Notes under the pieces: model-generated
What the model was told of the DNA's origin: nothing
Database searches by the model: none
Seen by the model: only the letters and a program-made list of their open reading frames with translations
Origin: Pseudonocardiaceae bacterium
GTDB lineage: Bacteria; Actinomycetota; Actinomycetes; Mycobacteriales; Pseudonocardiaceae
DNA length: 58,532 nucleotides
Assembly: GCA_050700255.1 (NCBI GenBank)
Contig: JBOHGX010000136.1
Coordinates: 1 to 58,532, forward strand
Direction of reading: 5' to 3'
Position numbers and translations under genes: made by a program
Shown here: in pieces, positions 48,886-58,532 of the stretch
Position numbering within the stretch: the stretch's first letter is position 1
How the letters are laid out: each line of letters opens with the position of its first letter

Positions 48886-49671
48886 TCAGTAATTACCGAG
48901 ACCGCCGCAGACGTTGATCGCCTGGGCGGTGATCGACGCAGCGGTGTCGGACACCAGATAGCCGACGATGCCCGCCACTTCTTCTGGGCTGGAGTAGCGG
49001 CCGAGCGGGATCTTCGCGTTGAACCGTTCGAGCACGTCTTGCTCGGTGACGCCCCAGAAGTCGGCGTAGCGCTGCCGCACGCCCTGGGCCATCGGCGTTT
49101 CCACGTAGCCGGGACAGACGGCGTTGACGGTGATCCCGGTTTTCGCCAGTTCCAGGCCGAGCGCCTTGGTGAACCCGACCACTCCATGTTTGGACGCGCA
49201 ATACGGGGCACCGAGCACGACGCCCTGTTTCCCGCCGGTCGAGGCGATGTTGATGATCCGGCCGCGTTTGCGCTGCAGCATGCTGCCGGTGGTGAGCACG
49301 GCTTTCGTCACCCGGAAGACGCTGTTCAGATTGGTTTCGATGACATCGAGCCAGAACTCATCGGGAATCTCTGCGGTGACGCCTCCACCGCTACGACCGG
49401 CATTGTTGACCAGGATGTCGATCGGGCCGAAGCGGTCACCGGTGGCGGCCACCAGGTCGGCCACACCGTCTGCGTTTCGCACATCGCAGGGCCGGCCGTC
49501 GACTTCCAAACCGGACTCGCGCAGCTGCTTGACGGTCAGAGTGACGTTGTCTTCGTTGCGCGCGCACAGGAACACGCGTGCCCCGCTGCGGCCGAGGGCG
49601 CGCACCACCGCGAGACCGATGCCGCTTGTTCCTCCGGTGACCAGGGCAACCGGGCCGGCTTGGTCGGACAT
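48886..49671 (-). CDS. dpsE: Type II PKS C-9 ketoreductase (ActIII/DpsE type SDR)
   Basis: 261 aa from MSDQAGPVALVTGGTSGIGLAV, with NNAGRSGGG and YCASKHGVVGFTKALGLELA. SD AAGGGAGAG. Confidence 0.92.
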   Translation of the reverse strand: MSDQAGPVALVTGGTSGIGLAVVRALGRSGARVFLCARNEDNVTLTVKQLRESGLEVDGRPCDVRNADGVADLVAATGDRFGPIDILVNNAGRSGGGVTAEIPDEFWLDVIETNLNSVFRVTKAVLTTGSMLQRKRGRIINIASTGGKQGVVLGAPYCASKHGVVGFTKALGLELAKTGITVNAVCPGYVETPMAQGVRQRYADFWGVTEQDVLERFNAKIPLGRYSSPEEVAGIVGYLVSDTAASITAQAINVCGGLGNY

Positions 49672-49709
49672 GGCTCTCCCTTCGGTTGGCGCAAACGCTG
49701 ACATCCGCG

Positions 49710-49742
49710 GCTTGAGCTGCGCTTGACGACTCGGGTTCAAGC
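49710..49742. promoter_or_regulatory. GCTTGAG-N4-GCTTGAC direct repeat (11-bp period) followed by inverted TCAAGC in the dpsE/dnrG divergent promoter region
   Basis: CTTGAG 49711-49716, CTTGAC 49722-49727, TTCAAG 49736-49741. GCTTGA-N10-TCAAGC also forms a 6-bp palindrome. Confidence 0.35.
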
Positions 49743-49805
49743 GGCACGCGAGAGCGGCGGCACAGCGTCGTTCGGTGTCGTTGGGTGCAGGAGAGGAGAA
49801 CGTTG

Positions 49806-50207
49806 ATGCCGGTCCCACCATGCGCTGCCGCCGGCGAAGGAGCCGTCACGTTTGTCAACAGGTTTTCGCTGTACTGCTCACCTGACGAGTTCGAGCAGGC
49901 GTTCGCCGCCACGTCGGCGTTCATGGGCCGTCAGCCAGGCTTCCTCGGCCACACCCTGCTATGCCGCGCCGACGAGGGCAACGAACGCCAATATCTCAAC
50001 ATCGCCTGGTGGCGGGACACGGCGTCGTTCCGGGCGGCGATCGGCCATCCGGACTTCAGGCCGCATGCCGCCGCGTTGCGCGCGCTGAGCACCAGCGAAC
50101 CGAACCTCTACCTGACTCGCCAGCTGCGCATCGCGCCCGAGCTGGCTGCCTGGTCCGCCTCGGCCGCGTCGTCTGCGTCGTCTGCGTCGTCGAGGGAGGC
50201 AAGATGA
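49806..50207 (+). CDS. dnrG: ABM-family anthrone oxygenase (DnrG/AknX/TcmH type)
   Basis: VTFVNRFSL...FEQAF....FMGRQPGFLGHTLL...YLNIAWWRD is the ABM pattern. ATG at 49806 after GGAGAGGAGAA. ATGA overlap with KS-alpha. Ser/Ala tail encoded by a gcgtcgtct repeat. Confidence 0.8.
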   Translation: MPVPPCAAAGEGAVTFVNRFSLYCSPDEFEQAFAATSAFMGRQPGFLGHTLLCRADEGNERQYLNIAWWRDTASFRAAIGHPDFRPHAAALRALSTSEPNLYLTRQLRIAPELAAWSASAASSASSASSREAR

Positions 50208-51463
50208 CCCGCCGCGTCGTCATCACCGGCCTCGGCGTGATCGCCCCCGGCGGAATTGGGACCAAACCCTTGTGGGAGTTCCTCGTTTCCGGACGCACCG
50301 CGACCCGCGAGATCACCGCGTTCGACCCGTCGGCCTTTCGCTCCCGGATAGCGGCCGAGTGCGACTTCGACCCCGAACTGGCTGGCCTTTCTGAAACCGA
50401 CCAGAAACGCTTGGACCGGGCGGCTCAGTTCGCCGTGGTCGCCGGTCGTGAAGCCGTTGCGGACAGTGGTCTGGAAATCGACGAGCGGTCTGCGGCACGA
50501 GTAGGGGTGAGCCTCGGCAGCGCGGTCGGCTGCACCCAGAAGCTGGAGACCGAGTACGTCGCGGTCAGCGGCGGCGGGATGAACTGGCTGGTCGATCACA
50601 CCCGTGCGACGCCCTACCTCTACGACTATTTCGTGCCGAGTTCAATGGCCGCCGAGCTGGCTTGGCTGGTCGGTGCCGAGGGATCGACGGCCATCGTTTC
50701 GGCGGGGTGCACGTCGGGGATCGACTCGGTCGGCTACGCCTGTGAGCTCATCCGCGAGGGAGCGGCCGACGCGATGATCACCGGAGGCGTGGACGCGCCG
50801 ATCGCCCCGATCACCGTCGCGTGCTTCGACGCGATCAAGGCGACTTCCGATCGCAACGACGAGCCCGCTAGCGCATCGCGCCCGTTCGACTGCACTCGTA
50901 ACGGTTTCGTGCTCGGGGAGGGCGCCGCCATCCTTGTCCTCGAGGAGGCCCAGGTCGCTCTCAAGCGTGGCGCGCACATCTACGCCGAGATCGGCGGGTA
51001 CGCGTCGCGAAGCAACGCCTACCACATGACCGGCCTTCGCCCTGACGGCGCCGAGATGGCGGACGCCATCACCGCTGCACTCGACGAAGCGCGGTGTGCC
51101 CCTTCGTCGGTCGACTACGTCAACGCTCACGGCACGGCCACGAAACAAAACGATCAGCACGAGACCGCGGCGTTCAAGCGTGCGCTCGGCCAGCACGCCT
51201 ACCGGGTGCCGATCAGCTCGATTAAATCGATGATCGGTCACTCCCTGGGCGCGGTGGGGTCGATCGAGGTGGCGGCCTGTGCCCTGACCATCGAGCACGG
51301 TGTCATACCGCCGACGGCGAACCTCCACGAGCCGGACCCGGAGCTCGACCTGGATTACGTGCCCTTGACTGCACGCGAACAATCGGTCGACATCGTCCTC
51401 ACCGTGGGCAGCGGCTTCGGCGGTTTCCAGAGTGCCATGCTCCTCGGCCGTTTCGATCGATGA
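50204..51463 (+). CDS. dpsA: Type II PKS ketosynthase alpha
   Basis: 419 aa. Active-site VSAGCTSGIDS; HGTAT and GHSLGAVG His motifs. Confidence 0.95.
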   Translation: MTRRVVITGLGVIAPGGIGTKPLWEFLVSGRTATREITAFDPSAFRSRIAAECDFDPELAGLSETDQKRLDRAAQFAVVAGREAVADSGLEIDERSAARVGVSLGSAVGCTQKLETEYVAVSGGGMNWLVDHTRATPYLYDYFVPSSMAAELAWLVGAEGSTAIVSAGCTSGIDSVGYACELIREGAADAMITGGVDAPIAPITVACFDAIKATSDRNDEPASASRPFDCTRNGFVLGEGAAILVLEEAQVALKRGAHIYAEIGGYASRSNAYHMTGLRPDGAEMADAITAALDEARCAPSSVDYVNAHGTATKQNDQHETAAFKRALGQHAYRVPISSIKSMIGHSLGAVGSIEVAACALTIEHGVIPPTANLHEPDPELDLDYVPLTAREQSVDIVLTVGSGFGGFQSAMLLGRFDR

Positions 51464-51470
51464 GTGCATC

Positions 51471-52679
51471 TTGACCGCCACCGTGGTCACGGGCGTCGGG
51501 GTTGTCGCTCCGAACGGGCTGGGACTTCAGCGCTACTGGGATGCCTTGCTGCATGGTAGGACCGGGATCGGACCCATCGAGCGCTTCGACGCGAGCCCGT
51601 TCCCGTCCCGGCTGGTCGGTGCGGTCACCGATTTCGTAGCCAAGGACCACCTGCCGGGCCGCCTCCTTCCGCAGACCGATCCGATGACCCAGTACGCGCT
51701 TGCCGCTGCCGACTGGGCGATCCGGGATGCGGCGGTCGATGACTGCCCGTCCCCGCTGAGCATGGGCGTGGTCACGGCGGGTTCGTGCGGTGGCTTCGAC
51801 TTCGGCCAGCGAGAACTTCAGAAGTTGTGGGGCAAGGGCCCCGGCCACGTCAGCGCGTACATGTCCTTCGCCTGGTTCTACGCGGTCAACTCCGGGCAGA
51901 TCGCCATCCGGCACAACCTGCGGGGACCGGTCGGCGTCATGGTCGCTGAGCAGGCCGGTGGCCTCGACGCGATCAACCATGCCCGGCGCAAGGTCACCGG
52001 CGGCGCCACGATGATGGTCACCGGCGCGGTCGACTCCTCGCTGTGCCCGTACGGGATCGCCGCGCAGGTGACTTCCGGCCGGCTTAGCCGGTGCGATGAC
52101 CCCACCACCGCGTATCTGCCTTTTGACCGGCGGGCCTGCGGGCACGTGCCAGGGGAAGGCGGGGCGATCTTCACGATGGAGGACATCGTCCGGGCAAGGC
52201 AACGTGACGCCCGGATATACGGGGAGATCGCAGGCTACGGGGCGAGCTTCGACCCACCACCGGGTTGCGGCCGGGGCTCGAACCTGCGCCGTGCGATCGA
52301 AGCAGCACTCGCCGATGCCGGCCTCGACGCGTCCGAGGTGGCGGTGGTCTTCGCCGATGCCGCCGGCGTACCGGAACTCGACGCCGCCGAGGCGGCCGCG
52401 CTGGAAGCGGTATTCGGGCCTTATGGAGTACCGGTCACCGCGCCGAAGACGCTGACTGGACGGCTCTACTCCGGCGCCGGCCCCCTCGATGTGGTGACGG
52501 CGATGGTCGCACTTCGTGAGGGCATCATCCCCGCCACCGCAAATGTGTCCGAAGTGGACCCGGATTTCGCCCTCGATCTCGTCCTCGCCGAGCCCCGGCC
52601 GACCACCGGACGCGCCGCGCTGGTCCTGGCGCGCGGCTTCGGCGGTTTCAACAGCGCAATGATCGTGCGGAGGGCTTGA
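51471..52679 (+). CDS. dpsB: Type II PKS chain-length factor (KS-beta)
   Basis: KS fold with Gln replacing the active-site Cys ([13 protein letters not shown]). Start uncertain (GTG 51432, TTG 51471, GTG 51483). Confidence 0.92.
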   Translation: MTATVVTGVGVVAPNGLGLQRYWDALLHGRTGIGPIERFDASPFPSRLVGAVTDFVAKDHLPGRLLPQTDPMTQYALAAADWAIRDAAVDDCPSPLSMGVVTAGSCGGFDFGQRELQKLWGKGPGHVSAYMSFAWFYAVNSGQIAIRHNLRGPVGVMVAEQAGGLDAINHARRKVTGGATMMVTGAVDSSLCPYGIAAQVTSGRLSRCDDPTTAYLPFDRRACGHVPGEGGAIFTMEDIVRARQRDARIYGEIAGYGASFDPPPGCGRGSNLRRAIEAALADAGLDASEVAVVFADAAGVPELDAAEAAALEAVFGPYGVPVTAPKTLTGRLYSGAGPLDVVTAMVALREGIIPATANVSEVDPDFALDLVLAEPRPTTGRAALVLARGFGGFNSAMIVRRA

Positions 52680-53710
52680 TGAACGGTGACCTGTACCTGG
52701 TGGGCTGCGGCACGTGGCTACCGCCGGCGGTGACGACCGCGCAGGCCCTGGCGGCGGGGGACTGCGACGAGAAGCTCGCAACGATGGCGGCCATGCTGTC
52801 CGTGGCGGTCGCCGACAAGGAGCCGGCCCCGGAGATGGCAGCCCGGGCCGCCCGCGTCGCGCTGGACCGCGCGGGCTGTGGACCGTCGGACATCGATCTC
52901 ATCCTGCACGCGAGCCTGTATTCCCAGGGCTGTCACCTGTGGGCACCCGCGTCGTACGTCCAACGCGTCGCCGTGCGCAACCAGTGTCCGGCGATGGAGG
53001 TCCGGCAGGTCTCCAACGGGGGGATGGCGGCCATCGAGCTGGCCCGCGGCTACCTGGCCGCATCGCCGGAACGGTCCGCGGCCCTGATCACCACGGGAGA
53101 CCGGATGAGCTCGCCGGGTTTCGACCGGTGGCGCAGCGATCCGGGAACTGTCTACGCCGACGGGGGCACGGCGCTCGTGGTGTCGCGCCACGCGGGCTTC
53201 GCCAGGTTACGCAGCCTGGTGACGGTCTCCGATCCTGAGCTGGAGGGGATGCATCGTGCTGGGGACCCGTTCGGGGAGCCGATCCTGGTCGATCAGCCGA
53301 CGGTGGACCTCGACGCGTGTAAGCGAGAGTACGTCGCCGAGACCGGACAATCCTTCACCGCGACGCGGATCGCTGCCGGGCAGCAGGCGGCACTGGCCGG
53401 CGCGCTGGCCGCGGCTGGGGTCGGGCTCGGCGACGTCGACCGGATCGCGTTGCCGCACATGGGATGGCGGCGGCTGAAGGCTTGCTTTTTCACCCGGTTC
53501 GGCATAGACCCGGACATCACTACCTGGCCGTGGAGCCGGCACGTCGGTCACCTCGGTGCCGGCGACCCGATCGCTGGATTCGACCACCTGGTCAGTGCGG
53601 GCGCGCTCGGCCGAGGAGACCTGTGCCTGCTGGCGAGCGTGGGGTCCGGGTTCAGCTGGTCGTGCGCGATCGTCGAAGTGCTCGAACGCCCGTGCTGGGC
53701 CGACTCTTAA
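52679..53710 (+). CDS. dpsC: FabH-like KSIII priming enzyme of the DpsC type (Ser-His-Asp instead of Cys-His-Asn)
   Basis: [18 protein letters not shown] aligns with FabH AFDVAAACAGFTYAL, putting Ser at the Cys position. HLGAGD gives His and Asp five residues apart, as reported for DpsC. ATG at 52679 shares one nt with the CLF stop (TGATG). Confidence 0.85.
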   Translation: MNGDLYLVGCGTWLPPAVTTAQALAAGDCDEKLATMAAMLSVAVADKEPAPEMAARAARVALDRAGCGPSDIDLILHASLYSQGCHLWAPASYVQRVAVRNQCPAMEVRQVSNGGMAAIELARGYLAASPERSAALITTGDRMSSPGFDRWRSDPGTVYADGGTALVVSRHAGFARLRSLVTVSDPELEGMHRAGDPFGEPILVDQPTVDLDACKREYVAETGQSFTATRIAAGQQAALAGALAAAGVGLGDVDRIALPHMGWRRLKACFFTRFGIDPDITTWPWSRHVGHLGAGDPIAGFDHLVSAGALGRGDLCLLASVGSGFSWSCAIVEVLERPCWADS

Positions 53711-53723
53711 GTAGCGGAATATC

Positions 53724-54806
53724 ATGAATCGCCGTGCAGTCGCGCTGATGTTCCCTGGCCAGGGTTCCCAGCACACCCAAATGGCCAGCGGCCTGTATCT
53801 GCACGAACCGGTGTTCACCGCGGCGATGGACGAGGTGTTCTCGGCCTTCGGCAACGAGGGCGAGCCGTTGCGCAGCGACTGGCTCGCCGAGCATCCGGCG
53901 GTCTCCATCGATCACGTCACCCGCGCGCAGCCGCTCCTGTTCGCGGTCGACTACGCACTCGGCCGGATGCTGCTGAGCTGGGGGATAAGGCCGGCTGCGC
54001 TGCTGGGCCACAGCGTGGGGGAGATGGCCGCTGCCACCCTCGCCGATGTCTTCACCCTGGACGACGCCGCCGCGCTCATCCTCGATCGGGTGCGACGCCT
54101 CGCCGCCGCGCCGCCAGGAGGCATGCTCGCGGTCGCCGCCGGAACGGAAGCGCTCGAACCATTCCTGACGGCGGAGGTGGTCGTGGCGGCGATGAACGCC
54201 CCACGCCAGACTATCCTCGCGGGACCGAACGACCCGCTCGACGCGGTTGCGGTGCGACTGCGCGACGCCGGCCTGACCTGCCAGCGAGTCCCGTCGCTCA
54301 CCGCGTTCCACACTCCCATGCTCGCCGAGGCCACCGGTTGCGCCATCGAGCGGTTCGCCGCCACGCCGGTGATGCCGCCTCGGATGCTGCTCTATTCCGG
54401 CTACACGGCTGAGCCGTTGACCGGCGAGAAGGTCGCCGATCCGGCCTACTGGGCCAGCCAACCCGTGGACGTGGTGCGCTTCTGGCCGGCGCTCGACGCA
54501 CTGCTAGGCCAGTGCGACGACGTTGTCTGCGTGGAGGCCGGTCCGGGGCAGGGGCTCGCCCGGATTGCACGGCGGCATCCCACCGTCCGAACCGGTCGCG
54601 GCGCCGTGGTGTCGCTGCTGCCCGCACGCCCCGGCCCCGCGGAACGGGACCGGGAATCGGTGGCCGCCGCCTTCGACACGCTCGCGGACTACCGGGCGAC
54701 GCTGGCGGTGACGAACCGGACCGGGACCTCGATGGTCAACGGCGCCCCGCCCGCACGCATCGCGTCCAATCCGGCGATGAGCCGCTCCCGCAGTTCCTGG
54801 CGCTGA
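53724..54806 (+). CDS. dpsD: Malonyl-CoA:ACP transacylase-like acyltransferase (DpsD type)
   Basis: FPGQGSQ and GHSVGE motifs. The last 39 or so codons overlap the convergent methyltransferase gene by 118 nt. Confidence 0.88.
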   Translation: MNRRAVALMFPGQGSQHTQMASGLYLHEPVFTAAMDEVFSAFGNEGEPLRSDWLAEHPAVSIDHVTRAQPLLFAVDYALGRMLLSWGIRPAALLGHSVGEMAAATLADVFTLDDAAALILDRVRRLAAAPPGGMLAVAAGTEALEPFLTAEVVVAAMNAPRQTILAGPNDPLDAVAVRLRDAGLTCQRVPSLTAFHTPMLAEATGCAIERFAATPVMPPRMLLYSGYTAEPLTGEKVADPAYWASQPVDVVRFWPALDALLGQCDDVVCVEAGPGQGLARIARRHPTVRTGRGAVVSLLPARPGPAERDRESVAAAFDTLADYRATLAVTNRTGTSMVNGAPPARIASNPAMSRSRSSWR

Positions 54807-55549
54807 TCGACGGGAAGGTTCTGCCACAGCAACTGCATGCCCTGAGTATGCGACCAGTCCACCCACGCCTGCCCCGAAGGCGCGGTGAGCCGCACCGGCT
54901 CATCGACGACGGCGACCTCGCCGTATCCGGCCCGCGCCAAGGTCGCTTCCAGATCGGCGGCCCGCTCGAGCCAGCTGTTGAACCGCCGGACCAACGATTC
55001 GGGTTGCCATTCGGTCGGCAGGTAGCTCAGCAGTGACTGCGGGATCAGCGGGGTGAACATCGGTGGCAGAAATGGGAATGTTCCCTGGCGAAAAATTGGA
55101 CTGGTGAACGCAATTCTTCCACCGTCGGCGAGGATTCGAGCGTAACGGGCCAGTGCGGTGGGCGCTTCGGGAAGGAAAACTAAGCTGTAGCTGCCCGTCA
55201 CGACATCGAACGATCGGGCAGGAAGTTGCGGCTTTTCCCCGTCCATCACCCGCAGTTCGACATTCGTCACCCCGAGCCTGGCTGCTTCCCGTTTCGCCTC
55301 CTCGATCATGGCCGGGGCAAGGTCGATGCCTATTACGTGGCCACCCGGGCCGACCCGATCGGCCGCCGGAAACACGCACGCTCCCCGACCGCAGCCGACA
55401 TCGAGCACGCGTTCACCGGACGCTGGATCGGCAAGCTCGATCAAGCGACATCCCATCGGCGTGAAGAACTCGACGCCCAGGCGATCGTACCGTGTCGCTG
55501 CCCTCTGGAACACCTGCGTGACTTGCTGCTTGTAGATCGAGGCCTCCAC
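54689..55549 (-). CDS. dnrC: SAM-dependent methyltransferase (aklanonic acid methyltransferase DnrC/AknG type)
   Basis: 286 aa. [12 protein letters not shown] motif I. GTG at 55549 after AGGAG. Divergent from the cyclase gene, as in dnrC/dnrD. Confidence 0.82.
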   Translation of the reverse strand: MEASIYKQQVTQVFQRAATRYDRLGVEFFTPMGCRLIELADPASGERVLDVGCGRGACVFPAADRVGPGGHVIGIDLAPAMIEEAKREAARLGVTNVELRVMDGEKPQLPARSFDVVTGSYSLVFLPEAPTALARYARILADGGRIAFTSPIFRQGTFPFLPPMFTPLIPQSLLSYLPTEWQPESLVRRFNSWLERAADLEATLARAGYGEVAVVDEPVRLTAPSGQAWVDWSHTQGMQLLWQNLPVDQRQELRERLIAGLDAMRAGGAPLTIEVPVRFVTASVAR

Positions 55550-55604
55550 ATGGGCTCCTGTATGTCAATTCTTTTTCGTGACTTCCCAGCGTCCGGGTCG
55601 CGTA

Positions 55605-55635
55605 TCGAGAATCGGTTGAGCGCGACTCGAGAATC
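55605..55635 (+). promoter_or_regulatory. Three heptamer direct repeats at exact 11-bp spacing (TCGAGAA / TTGAGCG / TCGAGAA): candidate SARP (DnrI-type) binding site
   Basis: TCGAGAATC at 55605 and 55627, TTGAG at 55616. Located in the dnrC/dnrD divergent intergenic region. Confidence 0.5.
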
Positions 55636-55782
55636 AATGGGTCAACGGCTTGGGAACGATCGGAATGCGCGGCCGGTCACTTGTGCGATCGCCGGGCGGC
55701 TCCCATAATTGCGGGTGAACCCAGTACGTCCGGATTCGACCGCTTCGCCGTGTGCAATTTCCAGCGAGGAGCGTTTCCTGCC

Positions 55783-56220
55783 ATGAGCCAGCAGATCGAG
55801 GTCGTCCGCCGCATGGTGGAGGCCTACAACACGGGCAAAACCGACGACCTCGAGGAGTTCATTCACCCCGAGTACCTGAATCCGGCGGCCCTTGAACATT
55901 ACCCGGACCTGCGTGGACCGGAGGCGTTCGCCAAGGCCGTCGGGTGGCTGAAATACGCGTTCTCCGACGAAGCCCACCTCGACGAGATAGGGTATGAGGA
56001 GCAAGGGGAATGGGTCCGGGCGCGCCTGGTGCTCTACGGCAGGCACGTGGGCAATCTGGTCGGCATGCCGCCGACCGGGCGCCGTTTCTCCGGCGAGCAG
56101 GTCCACCTTATCCGCGTGGTCGACGGGAAGATCCGCGATCATCGCGACTGGCCGGACTACCTCGGGACCTACCGGCAGCTGGGCGAACCGTGGCCCGAGG
56201 ACGGCGGTTGGCGCCCATGA
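55783..56220 (+). CDS. dnrD: SnoaL-like polyketide cyclase (aklanonic acid methyl ester cyclase DnrD/AknH type)
   Basis: 145 aa. [31 protein letters not shown]..., [24 protein letters not shown]. Confidence 0.88.
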   Translation: MSQQIEVVRRMVEAYNTGKTDDLEEFIHPEYLNPAALEHYPDLRGPEAFAKAVGWLKYAFSDEAHLDEIGYEEQGEWVRARLVLYGRHVGNLVGMPPTGRRFSGEQVHLIRVVDGKIRDHRDWPDYLGTYRQLGEPWPEDGGWRP

Positions 56221-57290
56221 CCGCCGATGCCATGGTCTTGTCCGGTCCGCGGGACGTCGATGCCCTCAGGACGCTGATCCGTCTTGGGAGCCTGCACACC
56301 CCCATGGTGGTGCGGGTGGCCGCCACCCTCCGGCTGGTCGACCACATCGAGGCCGGCGTCACGAGTCCGGAGGCTCTCGCCGCGAAGACCGGCACCGATC
56401 CATGCACATTGCTCCGGTTGATGCGCCACCTGGTGGCTATCGGAATCCTGGCGCGGACGGCTCCCGGCCACTTCGCGTCGACGGCGGTCGGCAAGATGCT
56501 CGCCAGCGATCACCCGGCAGCGCAGCGCGCCTGGCATGACTTGACCCAGGCCGTCGCGCGCGCCGATTTGGCGTTCACCCGGCTGCTGGACGCCGTGCGC
56601 ACGGGCAAGCCGACCTATGAGTCGGTGTACGGCAAGCCGTTCTACGACGACCTCGCGGCGACGCCCGAGCTGCACGAGTCCTTCGACTCCCTGCTCGCCT
56701 GCGACCAGGCCGTCGCCTACGACGGCCCGACTGCCGCCTATGACTGGACGGCGGTGAAACACGTGTTGGACGTCGGCGGTGGCCAGGGCGGGTTCGTGAC
56801 GGCGATCGCCCGCGCCGTTCCTCATGTCACGGCGACGGTCCTGGAGCGGCCCAAGACCGCGGACGCCGCCCGCCGGTACATCGCCGCCGAAGGGTTCTCC
56901 GATCGGATCGAGGTGATCGAGGGCGACTTCTTCGCGCCGCTGCCGCGAACCGCCGATGTCGTGATCCTTTCCTTCGTGCTGCTGAACTGGGCGGACGAGG
57001 ATGCACGACGGATCGTCGCGCGCTGCGCCGACGCGCTCACTCCCGGCGGCCGGATCCTGGTCTACGAACGGGATGATCCGCCGGAAGCGTCGACCAACGA
57101 AGAGTTCACCGAGCTCGATCTCCGGATGCTCGTTTTTATGGGCGGGCGCCTGCGCCTGCGCAACGAATGGGCTGGCTTGGCCGAAACCGCCGGGCTCGTC
57201 GTCGAGTCTGTGTCGCGGCTGCCGTCACCGACGGTGCCCTACGACCTGTCGCTCCTGGTGTTGGCGCCGCGCGACGAGGCAGCCGTATGA
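56217..57290 (+). CDS. dnrK: DnrK/RdmB-family SAM-dependent enzyme (carminomycin 4-O-methyltransferase or 10-decarboxylase/hydroxylase)
   Basis: 357 aa. Dimerisation domain plus [14 protein letters not shown] motif. ATGA overlap with the cyclase gene. Methyltransferase versus RdmB-like function cannot be decided by eye. Confidence 0.85.
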   Translation: MTADAMVLSGPRDVDALRTLIRLGSLHTPMVVRVAATLRLVDHIEAGVTSPEALAAKTGTDPCTLLRLMRHLVAIGILARTAPGHFASTAVGKMLASDHPAAQRAWHDLTQAVARADLAFTRLLDAVRTGKPTYESVYGKPFYDDLAATPELHESFDSLLACDQAVAYDGPTAAYDWTAVKHVLDVGGGQGGFVTAIARAVPHVTATVLERPKTADAARRYIAAEGFSDRIEVIEGDFFAPLPRTADVVILSFVLLNWADEDARRIVARCADALTPGGRILVYERDDPPEASTNEEFTELDLRMLVFMGGRLRLRNEWAGLAETAGLVVESVSRLPSPTVPYDLSLLVLAPRDEAAV

Positions 57291-57303
57291 CACCTGTCAG
57301 TGA

Positions 57304-58236
<933 letters not shown>

Positions 58237-58238
58237 CC

Positions 58239-58532
58239 ATGTCGATTACCGCGACGGACAGCGAGCTGGGCCGCCATCTGCTCACGGTCCGCGGCTTCCA
58301 GTTCGTCATGGGCGCGCTCGGCGACCCGTACGCCTTGCTGCTGAGGGGCGAGACCGTCGATCCGGAGCCGATGGGCCGCCAGGTCCGGGAGCGCGGGCCA
58401 CTTTACCGGAGCAACATGGCCACCTGGGTAACTGCGGACGCTGCGCGGGCAGCCCAGCTCCTTCAGGACCCTCGGCTTGGTACCCGCCATCCGGACTCCG
58501 CGGGCGCCCAGGACCACGTCTTCCAGCAGGTG
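58239..58532 (+). CDS. P450-like protein, 5' partial (DnrQ/AknT/DesVIII-type glycosyltransferase auxiliary protein by position); runs off the right edge and is absent from the ORF track
   Basis: ATG at 58239 after [45 protein letters not shown] resembles the N-termini of EryCII/DesVIII/DnrQ-type proteins. The haem-loop region is not visible. Confidence 0.7.
   Translation, partial: MSITATDSELGRHLLTVRGFQFVMGALGDPYALLLRGETVDPEPMGRQVRERGPLYRSNMATWVTADAARAAQLLQDPRLGTRHPDSAGAQDHVFQQV

Noticed and set aside
50642-52781. Minus-strand ORFs of 282 and 460 aa opposite KS-alpha and CLF
   Set aside because: Antisense shadows. The plus-strand genes carry the canonical KS active-site motifs.

Overview
High-GC (roughly 68-70 percent) actinomycete chromosomal segment in three parts. 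(1) 1-5.6 kb is a conserved core neighbourhood: clpC1, an MhuD-like ABM monooxygenase, a decayed M24 peptidase, mutY and a beta-carbonic anhydrase. It is preceded by a divergently transcribed second ClpC-like gene that runs off the left edge and is absent from the ORF track. (2) 5.9-24.1 kb is a regulator-rich accessory island. It holds two MEDS+anti-sigma-kinase proteins, one STAS+kinase fusion, two STAS antagonists, a 992-aa LAL/LuxR regulator and tandem DinB/SCP2 paralogues (one decayed). It also holds an Rpf-LysM muralytic factor with a long leader, membrane and secreted hypotheticals, and a 1065-aa HTH-STAND NTPase-TM-WD40 protein built from nine near-identical 138-bp repeats. (3) 24.7 kb to the right edge is a type II PKS anthracycline cluster. 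Its gene content and local gene orders match what I remember of the Streptomyces peucetius daunorubicin/doxorubicin/baumycin cluster: dnrI-dnmJ, dnmZUV, dpsY-dnrX, drrAB, dnrF, dnrU-dnrV-doxA, dpsG/dpsH, dnmT, dpsFE divergent from dnrG-dpsABCD, and dnrC divergent from dnrD-dnrK-dnrP-dnrQ. Extra elements are a WYL regulator, an AccD6-like carboxyltransferase and a degenerate dnmL-like gene. I recognised no rRNA, tRNA, CRISPR array, transposase or integrase. All family assignments come from reading the translated ORFs (motifs, remembered homologues, synteny). No database search was possible, so homologue names are hypotheses to confirm with BLAST/HMMER/antiSMASH. The best candidates for something new are the head-to-head ClpC paralogue pair, the NLR-like HTH-STAND-TM-WD40 protein with patterned repeat variation, the sigma-less partner-switching island, and the pseudo-enzyme-like dnmL homologue.
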